From assembly GCA_964648665.1 (NCBI GenBank), contig CAZYOA010000002.1, positions 3,056 through 67,055 of the forward strand: a stretch of DNA of 64,000 nt, in the 5' to 3' direction. The position numbers and the translations under genes are program-made. Positions within the stretch are counted from its first letter, which is position 1, and each line of letters starts with the position of its first letter. Shown here piece after piece: positions 18,142 through 28,700 of this stretch. The stretch comes from an uncultured Planctomycetales bacterium. Lineage in GTDB: Bacteria; Omnitrophota; Gorgyraeia; Zapsychrales; Aceulaceae. The notes under the pieces are model-generated. The model was not told the DNA's origin. It made no database searches and saw only the letters and a program-made list of their open reading frames with translations.

Positions 18142-18157
18142 AGAAAGCGTTATCTTT
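18142..18157 (-). promoter_or_regulatory. conserved palindromic box upstream of giant paralog A
   Basis: Plus-strand text is AGAAAGCGTTATCTTT, 96 nt upstream of the start codon. Near-identical boxes lie at 32503..32518 and 39116..39131. Confidence 0.5.
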
Positions 18158-18420
18158 GTTTTTGGAGATTTAATTGATGTTTGATATTTGATTTTCAAAG
18201 GACAGCAGATCTTGTGCAGTCAAAATCGTAATATTTTTATTGTTTTAGGTTATTTTAAGAAATGACAAGTGTTATAAAAAGTGCTTGATAAATTTTTCAA
18301 ATCTTCTTAAATTAGGTCTCTTAAGCTTGGTATTGTTAAAATTAACTATAAATTGAATTTAAGAGAATTTTGAAAAATATTTTTTTTAAATGAGGATTCT
18401 TGTCAAAGGGAATAAAAAAT

Positions 18421-19179
18421 TTATCGATATTTAACTTTTAGCAAACAAAGACCCTTAGAGGGTGCTGTTGGACCTGCGAGTTTTCGATTTTCTGCTTTTA
18501 AAATTTTAGGTATCTTATTAGGGTTTATTTTGCCTAAACCGACTTCTATGAGAGTTCCGACAATATTTCGAACCATTTTATACAAGAAGCCGTCTGCTTC
18601 AACGTTTATTGTTATGATGTCGTTTCTTTTTTGAACATTAATTTTCTTAATTGTTCGAACAAAGTTAATTGTTTTTCCGGATTTTCTCTTTGCAACATCA
18701 ACAGCAACAACAGATTTAAAATTCTTCTTTCCAGCAAATTTCTGCGAAGCTTTTTTCATAGAAATAATATCTAAGGGTCTAGGATAATAAAGGCAAAATT
18801 TTTTTATCTGAGTTGATCGAGTAGCTCTATTTAAAATTGTATATTGATAGATTTTACTTTTTGCATTGTACTGTGAATGAAAATTGTGTTTTATTTTAAT
18901 AGCTTTAGTGATAACAACGTCGTCAGAAATATTTCCATTGATGGCTTTTAAGATTTTATTTGGAGTGAGAATAGAAGTTGTTTTGAAATGTGCTACTTGT
19001 CCGACGGCATGAACACCGGAATCGGTACGTCCAGCACCAATAAGTGTAATATCTTCATTTAAAACTTTATCTAAGGCTTTTTTGATTTCACCTTGAACGG
19101 TTCTCTCCCCTTTTGCTTGAATTTGCCAGCCAGAGAAATTTGTTCCATCGTATTCTATGGTCAGCTTAATTGTTTGCAT
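18421..19179 (-). CDS. truA: tRNA pseudouridine(38-40) synthase
   Basis: 252 aa with GAGRTDSGVHA, the catalytic Asp motif. Confidence 0.9.
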   Translation of the reverse strand: MQTIKLTIEYDGTNFSGWQIQAKGERTVQGEIKKALDKVLNEDITLIGAGRTDSGVHAVGQVAHFKTTSILTPNKILKAINGNISDDVVITKAIKIKHNFHSQYNAKSKIYQYTILNRATRSTQIKKFCLYYPRPLDIISMKKASQKFAGKKNFKSVVAVDVAKRKSGKTINFVRTIKKINVQKRNDIITINVEADGFLYKMVRNIVGTLIEVGLGKINPNKIPKILKAENRKLAGPTAPSKGLCLLKVKYR

Positions 19180-19189
19180 AAATCAAGGT

Positions 19190-20209
19190 TTAAGAATTCT
19201 TTTTGATAAGTTCTTCGGCAATTTGAATGGCGTTAAGGGCAGCGCCTTTTCGAAGATTGTCAGAAACAACCCAAAGATTTAGTCCGTTTTCAACAGTGTT
19301 GTCTTCTCTGATACGTCCAACAAATGTATCGTCTTTTCCTTCTGCGTAAAGCGGTGTTGGGTATTGATTATTTTCAAGATCATCAATAACGGTAATGCCA
19401 GGTGCATCTTTTAAGAGATCGATAGCTTTCTGACGAGTGATTTTCTTTTTTGTTTCAATATTGATTGATTCGGAATGAGCGCGAACAATAGGAACTCGAA
19501 CGCATGTTGCTGTTATCTTAATTGACTCGTCTCCCATAATCTTTTTTGTTTCGTTAACCATTTTAATTTCCTCTTTGGTGTAAAATCCTTCTTGAGGAAT
19601 ATCGATGTGAGGAATAAGATTATAGGCAATTTGATATTGAAATTTATTAATATCATTATCATTTATAGCTTCGCCATTCGCAATCTTTTTTTGTTGAGCG
19701 TTAAGCTCTGCAATGGCTGGTGCACCTGCTCCAGATACAGACTGATATGATGAAACAATAACTCGTTTAATCGTTGCGAAATCATGCAATGGTTTTAAAG
19801 CAACAACCATTTGAATTGTTGAGCAATTTGGATTGGCAATAATGCCTTTATTTTTGCTAATGTCGTTAGGATTAACTTCTGGAACGACCAAGGGAACATC
19901 TTCATTCATTCGAAATTGACTTGTGTTGTCAATTACAACAGCTCCAGCTTTTACAGCCGATGGTGCGTATTCTTTGCTAATGGCAGATCCAGGAGAAAAA
20001 AGAGCAATTTCTACGCCTTTAAAGGCATCATGTGTCAGCTTAACAGCTTTAAATTTTCGTCCTTGAAGTTCATATTCAGGGCATTCTTCTGGTCGAGATG
20101 ACATCGGATAAAGTTCGTTAATAGGAAAATTGCGCTCGTCAAGAATTTTAAGCATTTCTTGACCTACCGCTCCTCGAATACCTACAATAGCAACATTATA
20201 TTTCTTCAT
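19190..20209 (-). CDS. asd: aspartate-semialdehyde dehydrogenase
   Basis: 339 aa with an N-terminal IVGIRGAVGQ motif and catalytic Cys context ANPNCSTIQ. Confidence 0.92.
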   Translation of the reverse strand: MKKYNVAIVGIRGAVGQEMLKILDERNFPINELYPMSSRPEECPEYELQGRKFKAVKLTHDAFKGVEIALFSPGSAISKEYAPSAVKAGAVVIDNTSQFRMNEDVPLVVPEVNPNDISKNKGIIANPNCSTIQMVVALKPLHDFATIKRVIVSSYQSVSGAGAPAIAELNAQQKKIANGEAINDNDINKFQYQIAYNLIPHIDIPQEGFYTKEEIKMVNETKKIMGDESIKITATCVRVPIVRAHSESINIETKKKITRQKAIDLLKDAPGITVIDDLENNQYPTPLYAEGKDDTFVGRIREDNTVENGLNLWVVSDNLRKGAALNAIQIAEELIKKNS

Positions 20210-20222
20210 TTTCTCTTATTCT

Positions 20223-21278
20223 TTAAAGTGTTTGAACAACTAAATCGCCAACTTCGCTTGTGGAATATCCCATTTTTCCAGCAGCAAGACTTTTTAGTTT
20301 TGTCGTAACAACAGATCGTGCTGCTTTTTCAACTTTTTCGGAAGCTTCGTTTTCTCCGATTTCTTTAAGTAACATTGAAAGAGCACAAATCGCTGCCATT
20401 GGATTAATAACATTTTTTCCTGTATATTTAGGCGCAGATCCGCCAATAGGCTCGAACATAGAAACACCACTAGGATTAATGTTTCCGCCTGCAGCTACTC
20501 CCATGCCACCTTGAATCATAGCTCCTAAATCTGTGATGATATCGCCAAACATATTGTCAGTTACAATAACATCAAACCATTCAGGATTTTTTACAAACCA
20601 CATTGTTGTGGCATCAACGTGTGCATAATCAGTTTTTACGTCTGGATATTCTTTAGCAACTTCATAAAAAGTTCTTTCCCAAAGATCAAATGCATATGTT
20701 AATACATTTGTTTTTCCGCAAAGCGTTAGCATTTTCTTTTTTCCGTGTTTTTGAGTATATTCAAATGCATAACGTAGACATCTTTCAACGCCTTTTCTCG
20801 TGTTATATGAAACTTGAGTTGCAACTTCATCTTGAGTGCCTTTGTTCTGAAATTCTCCGATTCCTTTATAAAGGCCTTCAGAGTTTTCTCGCACAACAGT
20901 AAAGTTAATATCCTCTGGTTTTTTATCTTTTAGTGGACAAAATCTTTCATCGTAAAGTTGAACAGGTCTTAGATTAATATATTGATCAAGATCAAAGCGA
21001 GCTTTTAGCAGAATACCTTTTTCTAAAATACCTGGCTTGACGTCTGGATGTCCAATGGCGCCAAGATAAATTGAATCAAAAGTTTTTAGTTCTTCAACCG
21101 CAGAATCTGGTAAAATTTCTCCTGTTTTAAGATAGCGTTCGCCACCAAAATCGTAAGAAACGCTTTCGTATTTAAATCCGCATTTTTCAGAAATAGCCTC
21201 AAGGACTTTTAAGCCTTCATTGACGACTTCTGGGCCTGTTCCATCACCTGGGATAATTGCAAGTTTATAGTTTTTCAT
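20223..21278 (-). CDS. leuB: 3-isopropylmalate dehydrogenase family (isocitrate/isopropylmalate DH fold)
   Basis: 351 aa with [22 protein letters not shown] and [14 protein letters not shown] motifs. The leuB-asd-truA neighbourhood is a common synteny. Substrate specificity (IPM versus tartrate or homoisocitrate) is not certain. Confidence 0.75.
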   Translation of the reverse strand: MKNYKLAIIPGDGTGPEVVNEGLKVLEAISEKCGFKYESVSYDFGGERYLKTGEILPDSAVEELKTFDSIYLGAIGHPDVKPGILEKGILLKARFDLDQYINLRPVQLYDERFCPLKDKKPEDINFTVVRENSEGLYKGIGEFQNKGTQDEVATQVSYNTRKGVERCLRYAFEYTQKHGKKKMLTLCGKTNVLTYAFDLWERTFYEVAKEYPDVKTDYAHVDATTMWFVKNPEWFDVIVTDNMFGDIITDLGAMIQGGMGVAAGGNINPSGVSMFEPIGGSAPKYTGKNVINPMAAICALSMLLKEIGENEASEKVEKAARSVVTTKLKSLAAGKMGYSTSEVGDLVVQTL

Positions 21279-21289
21279 TGTGCTCCTTA

Positions 21290-22534
21290 TTATTCTTGGA
21301 ATTTCTTAACAGCAAGAGTTGCGTTGTGTCCACCGAATCCAAGAGAATTTGATAAAGCAACATTAACGGTTGCCTTTCGCGCTTCATTAGGGACATAATC
21401 AAGATCGCATTCTGGATCAGGCGTTTCATAATTAATCGTTGGCGGAATCATGTCATTTTTAACTGCTAAAGCAGCTGCGACAAACTCAATTCCTCCTGCT
21501 GCGCCTAAAAGATGTCCTGTCATAGATTTTGTTGAGCTGATAGCTACTTTTTGAGCGTGTTCACCTAAAGCAATTTTGATAGCTAGTGTTTCAGTCTTAT
21601 CGTTTAAGATTGTTGATGTTCCGTGAGCGTTGATATAAGAAACGTCCTCTGAATTTAAGTCAGCATCTTTAAGCGCGTTCGTTATCGCCTTAGCTGCGCC
21701 ACGACCCGAAGGTTCTGGAGCTGTGATATGAAAAGCATCAGAAGTTCTTCCATATCCAACAAATTCTGCGATAATTGGTGCCCCTCTTTTTTTAGCATGC
21801 TCTAAAGTTTCTAAAACGACAATGCCTGCGCCTTCAGCCATAATAAATCCATCGCGATTTGAATCAAAAGGACGACTAGCTTTTTCAGGTTCATCATTTC
21901 TTTGCGATAACGCTTTAATGGCAGCAAAGCCTCCTACGCCCATTGGCGTATTTGCAGCTTCTGTTCCTCCTGCAATCATAATATCCATTTCACCAAATTG
22001 CATAAATCTTAAGGCATCTCCAATTGAATTTGTTCCAGATGCACAAGCGGTAACAACACATGTTGCCATTCCTTTTGCACCCGTTTCAATAGCGACTTGA
22101 CCAGCTGCTTCATTGACAATAAACTGAGGGATAAAAAATGGAGAAATCTTTCTTGGGCCACGAGACAATAAAAGCTCATGATTGCGTTCAATCGATTCTA
22201 GTGCGCCAACACCGGATCCAACAATAACGCCCATGCGATCTGCGTCCACAGATTTAACATCTAGCTTTGCGTTTTTAACAGCTTCGCGACATGCAACAAC
22301 AGCAAGTTGTACAAATCTTGAAAGTTTGCGTACGTCTTTAGAATCAAAATAATCTGCAAGATCTAAATCTGTAACATCTCCGCAGATTCGCGCGGAAAAC
22401 TTAGAGGCATCGAATCGGTCGATAGGATGAATACCGCTTTTTCCTTTTATCAGGGAGTCCCAAAATTTTTCAACACCAGTTCCGACAGGCGATGTGACGC
22501 CTAAACCTGTTATAACAACTCTTTGTTTTTCCAT
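21290..22534 (-). CDS. fabF: beta-ketoacyl-ACP synthase II
   Basis: 414 aa with active-site contexts TACASGTNS, NAHGTSTILND and GFGGHNATL. Confidence 0.93.
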   Translation of the reverse strand: MEKQRVVITGLGVTSPVGTGVEKFWDSLIKGKSGIHPIDRFDASKFSARICGDVTDLDLADYFDSKDVRKLSRFVQLAVVACREAVKNAKLDVKSVDADRMGVIVGSGVGALESIERNHELLLSRGPRKISPFFIPQFIVNEAAGQVAIETGAKGMATCVVTACASGTNSIGDALRFMQFGEMDIMIAGGTEAANTPMGVGGFAAIKALSQRNDEPEKASRPFDSNRDGFIMAEGAGIVVLETLEHAKKRGAPIIAEFVGYGRTSDAFHITAPEPSGRGAAKAITNALKDADLNSEDVSYINAHGTSTILNDKTETLAIKIALGEHAQKVAISSTKSMTGHLLGAAGGIEFVAAALAVKNDMIPPTINYETPDPECDLDYVPNEARKATVNVALSNSLGFGGHNATLAVKKFQE

Positions 22535-22614
22535 AGGATAAATTTTCCGATAAATAACTTTGCCCCGACGAAGATCTGCCGAGGCAAAATTTAATGTTAA
22601 ATGAATGGATTTAA

Positions 22615-22854
22615 TTATTTACTAGTAGCTTTTTCTGCGACGTATTTAATAACGTCAGAAACTTTGCTCATTTTTTCAGCATCTTCATCAGGAATTTCAA
22701 CATTAAACTCTTCCTCTAAAGCCATAATAAGCTCAACCGTATCTAACGAGTCAGCTCCTAGATCATCGACGAATGATGATTCTGGATTCACCTCTTCCAC
22801 TTTTACTCCAAGTTGTTCTGCGATAATCGATTTTATCTTTTCCTCGTTTGCCAT
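22615..22854 (-). CDS. acpP: acyl carrier protein
   Basis: 79 aa with [19 protein letters not shown], the phosphopantetheine serine motif. Confidence 0.95.
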   Translation of the reverse strand: MANEEKIKSIIAEQLGVKVEEVNPESSFVDDLGADSLDTVELIMALEEEFNVEIPDEDAEKMSKVSDVIKYVAEKATSK

Positions 22855-22888
22855 TCACTGCCTCCTTTTTGATCCTTCTTCTACTAAA

Positions 22889-23629
22889 TTAGATAGCCAT
22901 TCCACCATCAACTCTGATGGTTTGACCTGTAATATACTGTGCTTCTTTTGAAGCAAGAAATAAACATGCTCCAGCAACATCTTCTGGAGTTCCCATCTTC
23001 CGGAGAGGAACGCTTTTTAAGATTTCCTGGCGGGTCTCTTCCTTAAGCTGATCGGTCATCTCTGTCTTAATATATCCTGGTGCGATAGCGTTGACATTAA
23101 TGCTGCGTGATGCAAATTCCCTAGCCAATGATTTTGTAAGCCCAATAATGCCGGCTTTGCTAGCTGCGTAATTTGCCTGCCCGATGTTTCCTAAAATACC
23201 AATGACCGATGCAATGCTAATAATTTTTCCCTTTCGGGCCTTTAGCATTGGCCTAGCAATTGCTTTGCAGCAATTAAAGGTTCCTTTAAGGTTGACCTTG
23301 ATGACTGCATCCCAATCCTCTTCTTTCATTCGTAAAAAAAGATTATCTTTGGCGATGCCTGCATTGTTAATCAATATATCAACACGTTTATATTTGTCAA
23401 GGATTTTATTGATCATTTCCTCAACGGCAACTAAACTTGTAACATCGCATGGAAAATTATCAGCAGAAAGTTTTGATTCAACAAACTCGCTGACTGTTTT
23501 CTTGCAGGACTCTTCATTGATATCTGAAATAATTACAGTTGCTCCTTGTTTTGCAAATGCAAGCGCGATTTCTTTGCCGATACCGCGTGCAGAACCCGTA
23601 ACTAAAACAATCTCATCTTTAAATTGCAT
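22889..23629 (-). CDS. fabG: 3-oxoacyl-ACP reductase (SDR)
   Basis: TGSARGIGK cofactor motif and the YAASKAG catalytic motif. I prefer the ATG at 23627..23629 (MQFKDEIVLVTG, preceded by GGGGA) over the track's GTG at 23641. Confidence 0.9.
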   Translation of the reverse strand: MQFKDEIVLVTGSARGIGKEIALAFAKQGATVIISDINEESCKKTVSEFVESKLSADNFPCDVTSLVAVEEMINKILDKYKRVDILINNAGIAKDNLFLRMKEEDWDAVIKVNLKGTFNCCKAIARPMLKARKGKIISIASVIGILGNIGQANYAASKAGIIGLTKSLAREFASRSINVNAIAPGYIKTEMTDQLKEETRQEILKSVPLRKMGTPEDVAGACLFLASKEAQYITGQTIRVDGGMAI

Positions 23630-23689
23630 TCTTGTCCCCACGATCTTAATAATAAATAAAATTTGTATTCATTAACTTTGAATGAACTT

Positions 23690-23717
23690 ATATTATCAAT
23701 ATCATGCTAATTTGCAA
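23690..23717 (-). promoter_or_regulatory. sigma70-type promoter of fabG-acpP-fabF
   Basis: In gene orientation it reads TTGCAA (23712..23717), a 16-nt spacer, then TAATAT (23690..23695). An inverted repeat TTCATT-N7-AATGAA (23668..23686) lies just downstream. Confidence 0.45.
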
Positions 23718-23796
23718 GGAAAAAAATAAAAAAAAGTTTTATAGATTAAAAATGATTAAATTTGGATTGGAAAACTTAAAGCGGAAAATGTTTTGA

Positions 23797-24198
23797 TTAT
23801 AAAAATTCAAGCTTAACTTCAATTAAGCCGCGATTGGTTGGATCAAGTTTTTTAAAAGCAGTTTTGGTAAGATCAATAACTCGCCCTTTTCGAACATAGC
23901 GTTCATGCGGACCGCGATCATTAACGCGAACGGTAATAATTTTTCCATTTTCGATATTAGTAACGCGAATTTCCCGATTAAATCCAACTCCCCAGATAGC
24001 ACATGTCATAGCACTGTCGTCAAAGATCTCGTTGTTGGCAGTTTTTTGTTTGATGCCTGGAGACTTTTGCGAATACCAAGAAGCTTTTCCATGGCGGATG
24101 GCTTTTGGTTTTTTAAAAGGTGTTGTTATGCTTGCCATCGCCTTTGGTAGAGCAACGCTCAATGCCAAAAGTACGACAATAATTAGAATTTTTTTCAT
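23797..24198 (-). CDS. RlpA-like double-psi beta-barrel lipoprotein/secreted protein
   Basis: 133 aa with a signal peptide MKKILIIVVLLALSVALPKAMA. GKASWYS...TANNEIFD...VRVNDRGP is the RlpA/DPBB pattern. Confidence 0.8.
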   Translation of the reverse strand: MKKILIIVVLLALSVALPKAMASITTPFKKPKAIRHGKASWYSQKSPGIKQKTANNEIFDDSAMTCAIWGVGFNREIRVTNIENGKIITVRVNDRGPHERYVRKGRVIDLTKTAFKKLDPTNRGLIEVKLEFL

Positions 24199-24288
24199 AT
24201 ATGATATGTCCTTCAGGAATTATTTCCTGAAAGAATAGCACATGAATGGGAAATGTCAAGCTAGAATTTAATTTTAAGAGAAATTCTT

Positions 24289-24705
24289 CTAGTCTTCGTT
24301 TTCGCTCGAAATAGATTCAACTGTAATGGCGCTAGAGCCACAATTAAGACTTGATTTAAACTTTTTCTGAAGCCAAATTTTTAGAAGTGCTCGCGTGAAG
24401 GGAATTAAAAGAATAAAGCCAAAAATATCTGTTAATAGCCCTGGTGTTAGTAGAGTTAGTCCTCCCACAAGGATCATAACACCGTCAATCATCTGATCTG
24501 TAGGCATATTTCCGCTGCTAAGTTCTTTTTGTATGTTTTGGACAACCTTAAACCCTTGATGGCGGGCAATATGAGCTCCTAGCACGCCTGTGCCGATGAC
24601 TAGAATGAATGTATTAAAGATTCCAAATGATTCTCCAAGCTTAATGAAAATAAATAATTCAGTTGCTGGAATAACGGTAAATAATAAAACAAGTGTTAGA
24701 AACAT
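24289..24705 (-). CDS. fxsA: FxsA family membrane protein
   Basis: 138 aa with the pattern PATELFIFIKLGE...GTGVLGAHIARHQG...LVGGLTLLTPGLLTDIFGFILLIPFTR typical of FxsA. Confidence 0.8.
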   Translation of the reverse strand: MFLTLVLLFTVIPATELFIFIKLGESFGIFNTFILVIGTGVLGAHIARHQGFKVVQNIQKELSSGNMPTDQMIDGVMILVGGLTLLTPGLLTDIFGFILLIPFTRALLKIWLQKKFKSSLNCGSSAITVESISSENED

Positions 24706-24739
24706 ATTTTTCTCCCAAAAGTGAAAAAATAAAAGCCCT

Positions 24740-25090
24740 TTACCTCTTGTGGCTCATTTTGATCGATATTGATTGTGCTGATGAAATTGCAGTAGGCTTA
24801 TAGACAACAACAGTTGCTTTTTTGATGCGATTTTCATTCATGACGATATTTAAGATGTAATCAGCTAATTTCTCAATTAGAAAAAACTGGGTTTGTTCAA
24901 TTTTACTTTTAATATTGCTTGTTAGCGCTTCATAATCAATAGCATCAGCCAAATCATCACTTTTTTGTGCTAGATCGCTATCATATATAAAGGAAAGATC
25001 GATTAAGATATTTTGTGGTTCATTGCGCTCGCAATGCTTTGTTCCCACAATGACAGATAGCTGAAGTTTTTCAATTAAGATTTCGGCCAT
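24740..25090 (-). CDS. folB: dihydroneopterin aldolase
   Basis: The start is taken at ATG 25088..25090 ([34 protein letters not shown]...FLIEKLADYI, the FolB pattern). This ATG overlaps the folE stop as TAATG. The first 52 codons of the track ORF overlap folE and were discarded. Confidence 0.8.
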   Translation of the reverse strand: MAEILIEKLQLSVIVGTKHCERNEPQNILIDLSFIYDSDLAQKSDDLADAIDYEALTSNIKSKIEQTQFFLIEKLADYILNIVMNENRIKKATVVVYKPTAISSAQSISIKMSHKR

Positions 25091-25638
25091 TATTTGATGA
25101 GGCTCAAGAATTCGGAGCGAGTTGAGATTTCTTCGCGAAATGCGCCAAGCATACAAGATGTTTTCGTGATAGAGTTTTGCTTTTCTACCCCTCTCATCAT
25201 CATACACAGATGTTGAGCTTCCACAACAACGGCTATTCCTTTGCATCCTGTAGTTTCCATGATAGCTTGAGCAATTTGTTTGGTTAAATTTTCTTGGATT
25301 TGAAGCCTTCGCGCAAAAACGTCAACAATGCGGGCAATCTTTGAAAGCCCGATAATTTTTCCATCTGGAATGTAGCCGACATGACATTTTCCAAAGAACG
25401 GCAGAAGATGATGTTCGCACATTGAGTAGACTTCAATATCTTTAACAATAACCATCTCATCGGAGTCAGATTCAAAAATTGCATTGTTAATAACGGTTTG
25501 AACATCTTCTTTGTATCCCTTGGTGAGATATTGAAATGCTCTGGCGGCACGTTTTGGTGTATCTTTAAGGCCTTCGCGCTCGATATCTTCGCCAATATTT
25601 TTAAGTAAATCTTTGTAAAAGTTTTCCATGAATAACAA
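25090..25638 (-). CDS. folE: GTP cyclohydrolase I
   Basis: 182 aa with CEHHLLPF and HLCMMMRGV zinc/active-site motifs. The start could instead be the 4th codon, also a Met. Confidence 0.93.
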   Translation of the reverse strand: MLFMENFYKDLLKNIGEDIEREGLKDTPKRAARAFQYLTKGYKEDVQTVINNAIFESDSDEMVIVKDIEVYSMCEHHLLPFFGKCHVGYIPDGKIIGLSKIARIVDVFARRLQIQENLTKQIAQAIMETTGCKGIAVVVEAQHLCMMMRGVEKQNSITKTSCMLGAFREEISTRSEFLSLIK

Positions 25639-25687
25639 CCTTTGTCTTTTTTAATATTTAAATTTCATTTAGATTTAACAATAAAGA

Positions 25688-25716
25688 ACTATATCATAGA
25701 GATTTTAGGGTGTCAA
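25688..25716 (-). promoter_or_regulatory. sigma70-type promoter of folE-folB
   Basis: In gene orientation it reads TTGACA (25711..25716), a 17-nt spacer, then TATAGT (25688..25693), about 50 nt upstream of folE. Confidence 0.55.
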
Positions 25717-25731
25717 ACGTATCACGCTTGC

Positions 25732-28700
25732 TTATTGGATAAGGGTAGAAACGCTAGGAGCAGGAGAAATGCTGATAATCATAGGCCAAAAGCCCTCAAC
25801 TATATTCCAGTCTATGTTTTCGAATTCCCTTGGAATACGAAATGCTATACTGTTCCCTGATGTTTTTATATTCATATTTTTATCATTAAAATCGATACCA
25901 CCTTTTCGCATCTCGTTGTTTGTTGTAAGAAGCGAAGATGCTGATTTTGGATTGATATTAGAATTCCCGCTTTCTGTAGAATTTTGAATTCCTGGATTCT
26001 TGACTTGAACTGTATTTGTTTCATTTTGCGATGTCGATGGGATAACGGGCTCTGTAGCGTTAGAAGAACCGTTCGCTGGCTGCTCTGCCGTAGAATTTTC
26101 TATAAGCGGTTTTATTAAGCTGTCTAAATTTCTTAATTTATTCGAAAGTTCTTTAGCGCTCATGTTTTCAAAAAGATAACTAGCTGATATAAGCGCTTTT
26201 ACGACCGAATGCATTTGATCATATGTTGAGCGCGTAATAATCTTTAATCTTCTTAAAGTTTTTAAGAAGCTTAAAACTTTATTTATATGGCCAATGGCGC
26301 CTCCATTTTTTGAAGTATTATTTTTTTTAATAATTTTGCCAAGAATGGGAATGTTCTCATATTTCTTTACAGTGTTTTGAAAGTTGCTTAAGAAATTGAG
26401 TATTCTCTTTTTATTTCGATCGCTAATGCGCGCAACTCCACCCAAATCAATGATGTTTATTTTTTCAGAACTAATAATAACGTTTCCAGTATGAAGATCC
26501 AAATGGAAAACACCATCAATAAATATTTCAGCTAAAAGTTCATCTCGTAATTCGCCTAGCACTTCATCTGCTCGCGGATCATTTTGTTTTAGAAATTCTT
26601 TTAAGCTTATGCCTTCAACATAAGGTTCCAGGATAGCTGTATTGTTAATCGTTATCTCTGCGACCGGACAGTTAATCTTGCTTCCTCGTTTCTTCATGTT
26701 GGCACTTAGGGTCTCTTGATTGATTTTTTCGCCTTTAAAATTAAGCTCATCTAAAATCATGTTCTCAATGGCCTTTGAAAGTCCTTCTGGAAGATCTATG
26801 AATTTTTCACGCTTTAATTGTCTTAAAGATCGCCTTAAAATCTTAAAATCTTCTTTCCAGACTTTATCTACTTCTGGTCTTTTAATTTTTAAAACCCAAA
26901 GCTTTTCATCGATCTCAACTAAAAAAACATTTTTAATGGATGCATCTCCTAGTCGTTTTTTAATTTTAACGATTTTTCCAGGAAATAATTTCTTTGCATA
27001 ATCTAAAACTGTTCCTATCTCTGATGGATTCGCTTGATCTTTTAAGGAGCTAAGGGCATCTTTTATTTCGTCAGAAAAATTTAATCCTGGGATATCAACA
27101 AGAAGCTGTCCAAGCTTAACGCCGATAACACCATATATTTCTAGAAATTGTTTTATAAAAACGGCTTTTTGTTTTTGTTCAGAGCTTTTTTGAGTAAAAT
27201 CAATTTTTTGTTGCCCATTAATAAGGGCGAGCAAAACAGATTTTTTCTTTTCTGCAGAGCTGAACTTTAAAACAGTGTCGAAAATGGTTTTGAGCCCTTT
27301 GTTCTCAGATGAACCTTCTGGTATAAATTTTTCAAAAACTGTATCTAAAATTTCTTTATAAATAATATCGTCGGCTACAACGCCTCCTGGACCATCAAGA
27401 AACATTTCAAGCATTTTTTTATGAGATACGTTTCCAATGCTTGGATAATAGGATGATTTTAACTCTTCAAGATTTTCCTTTAAATATGTTAGATTGATTT
27501 CGTACTTTTGTTCAATTACAGATAAAGGTTCAGGCTTTTTATCTGATATGCCCATAAGCCAAAGAAGGATATTCTTTTTGCTTCTTGGATTCATGTCTCG
27601 GATAAGCTCAAAGACCTTATCTTCAAGAAAGGTAAATTTTCGATGTTTTTCTTGATCGGCGCTGCTTAAAAAAGAAAGCATATATTGTCGCGTTTTTGCA
27701 TAGATGGAAGAATCCAGAATGTTTTCATCTTTAAGAAAATCATTGAGAATGTCATCTCTTAAATAAGACGGATCCGGAAAATATATTTCAGTGATTTTGG
27801 CGAGATGTTTTTCGGGATCTTTAAAATCTTCAGGGTTTAGCTGCCGGTCCTTTTCAAGAGCTAGAAGTGAATACTTTTCTTTAAAATGAATACTTGAGAA
27901 AATATGCATGACTGTTTTAAAGCGTTCGAATGTGCCATCTTCAAATTTCATTAATTCTGTCAAATAATAATCTCGAACTCTGCTTTCTTCTGGAAATAGA
28001 TCTGTGATATATGATAACTTAGAATCAAAATCCATTTTATTGTCTTTTACCACTTCATCTAAATATGGCTTAAACATATGTGGAATTCCGATTTCAACAT
28101 GAAGAAAGTTTCCATAGATATCATCAAACAAAGGATTTTTAAGTTTGTCTTCGGGTATTTTTTTATTATTCTTGCTTTCGGCTTTCTTCTGATCATCATC
28201 TTCTTCTTTGTTTCTTTGGGTTGCCTCAATCACAAGAAGAAGCAACTCTTTAAAGCCAAACTCTTCGCTTAGTAATTCAGGCATGACATGTCGTATAAGA
28301 AATCCATATTTTTCTCGTAAGACTTCTTTCTTTTCCTCTGTATAGGCATCCCCTATTAGAATGATAAATTTTCTTATAAAGGAAGGTACGTATTTTGACC
28401 AGTCACCAAATAGAACTTTATAGATTGATCGTGCTGTTTTATTAAAAAATAGATTTTTTGAAATGTAATCTTGAGTAAATTTTTTTCCTTCATTCTTAAT
28501 AACATCGGCGTTTTTAATATCGTCTAGAAGAGGCTCATAATCTAAATGCTTAACAATGTTTTTCCATTTCTCGAGTATTTCTTTTATTGATTTGTCATTC
28601 TTGTCTTTGGCTGTTGTATTCAACATTGCGGCATTAACAGCTTTAAGATCAAATTTATTAACAGCATCAGGCAGGATAGATTTCAGATTTCGATCGTAAA

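Noticed and set aside
22535-22614. A hairpin between acpP and fabF (TTTGCCCCGAC...GCCGAGGCAAA) as a terminator.
   Set aside because: The stem is imperfect (6 bp, a mismatch, then 2 bp) and no T-run follows in gene orientation. At most it is an attenuator, which I cannot support as a feature.
24740-25246. The long 168-aa form of the folB ORF.
   Set aside because: Its first 52 codons overlap folE in another frame and look like nonsense ([20 protein letters not shown]...). The internal ATG at 25088..25090 gives a canonical FolB N-terminus and a TAATG junction with folE.
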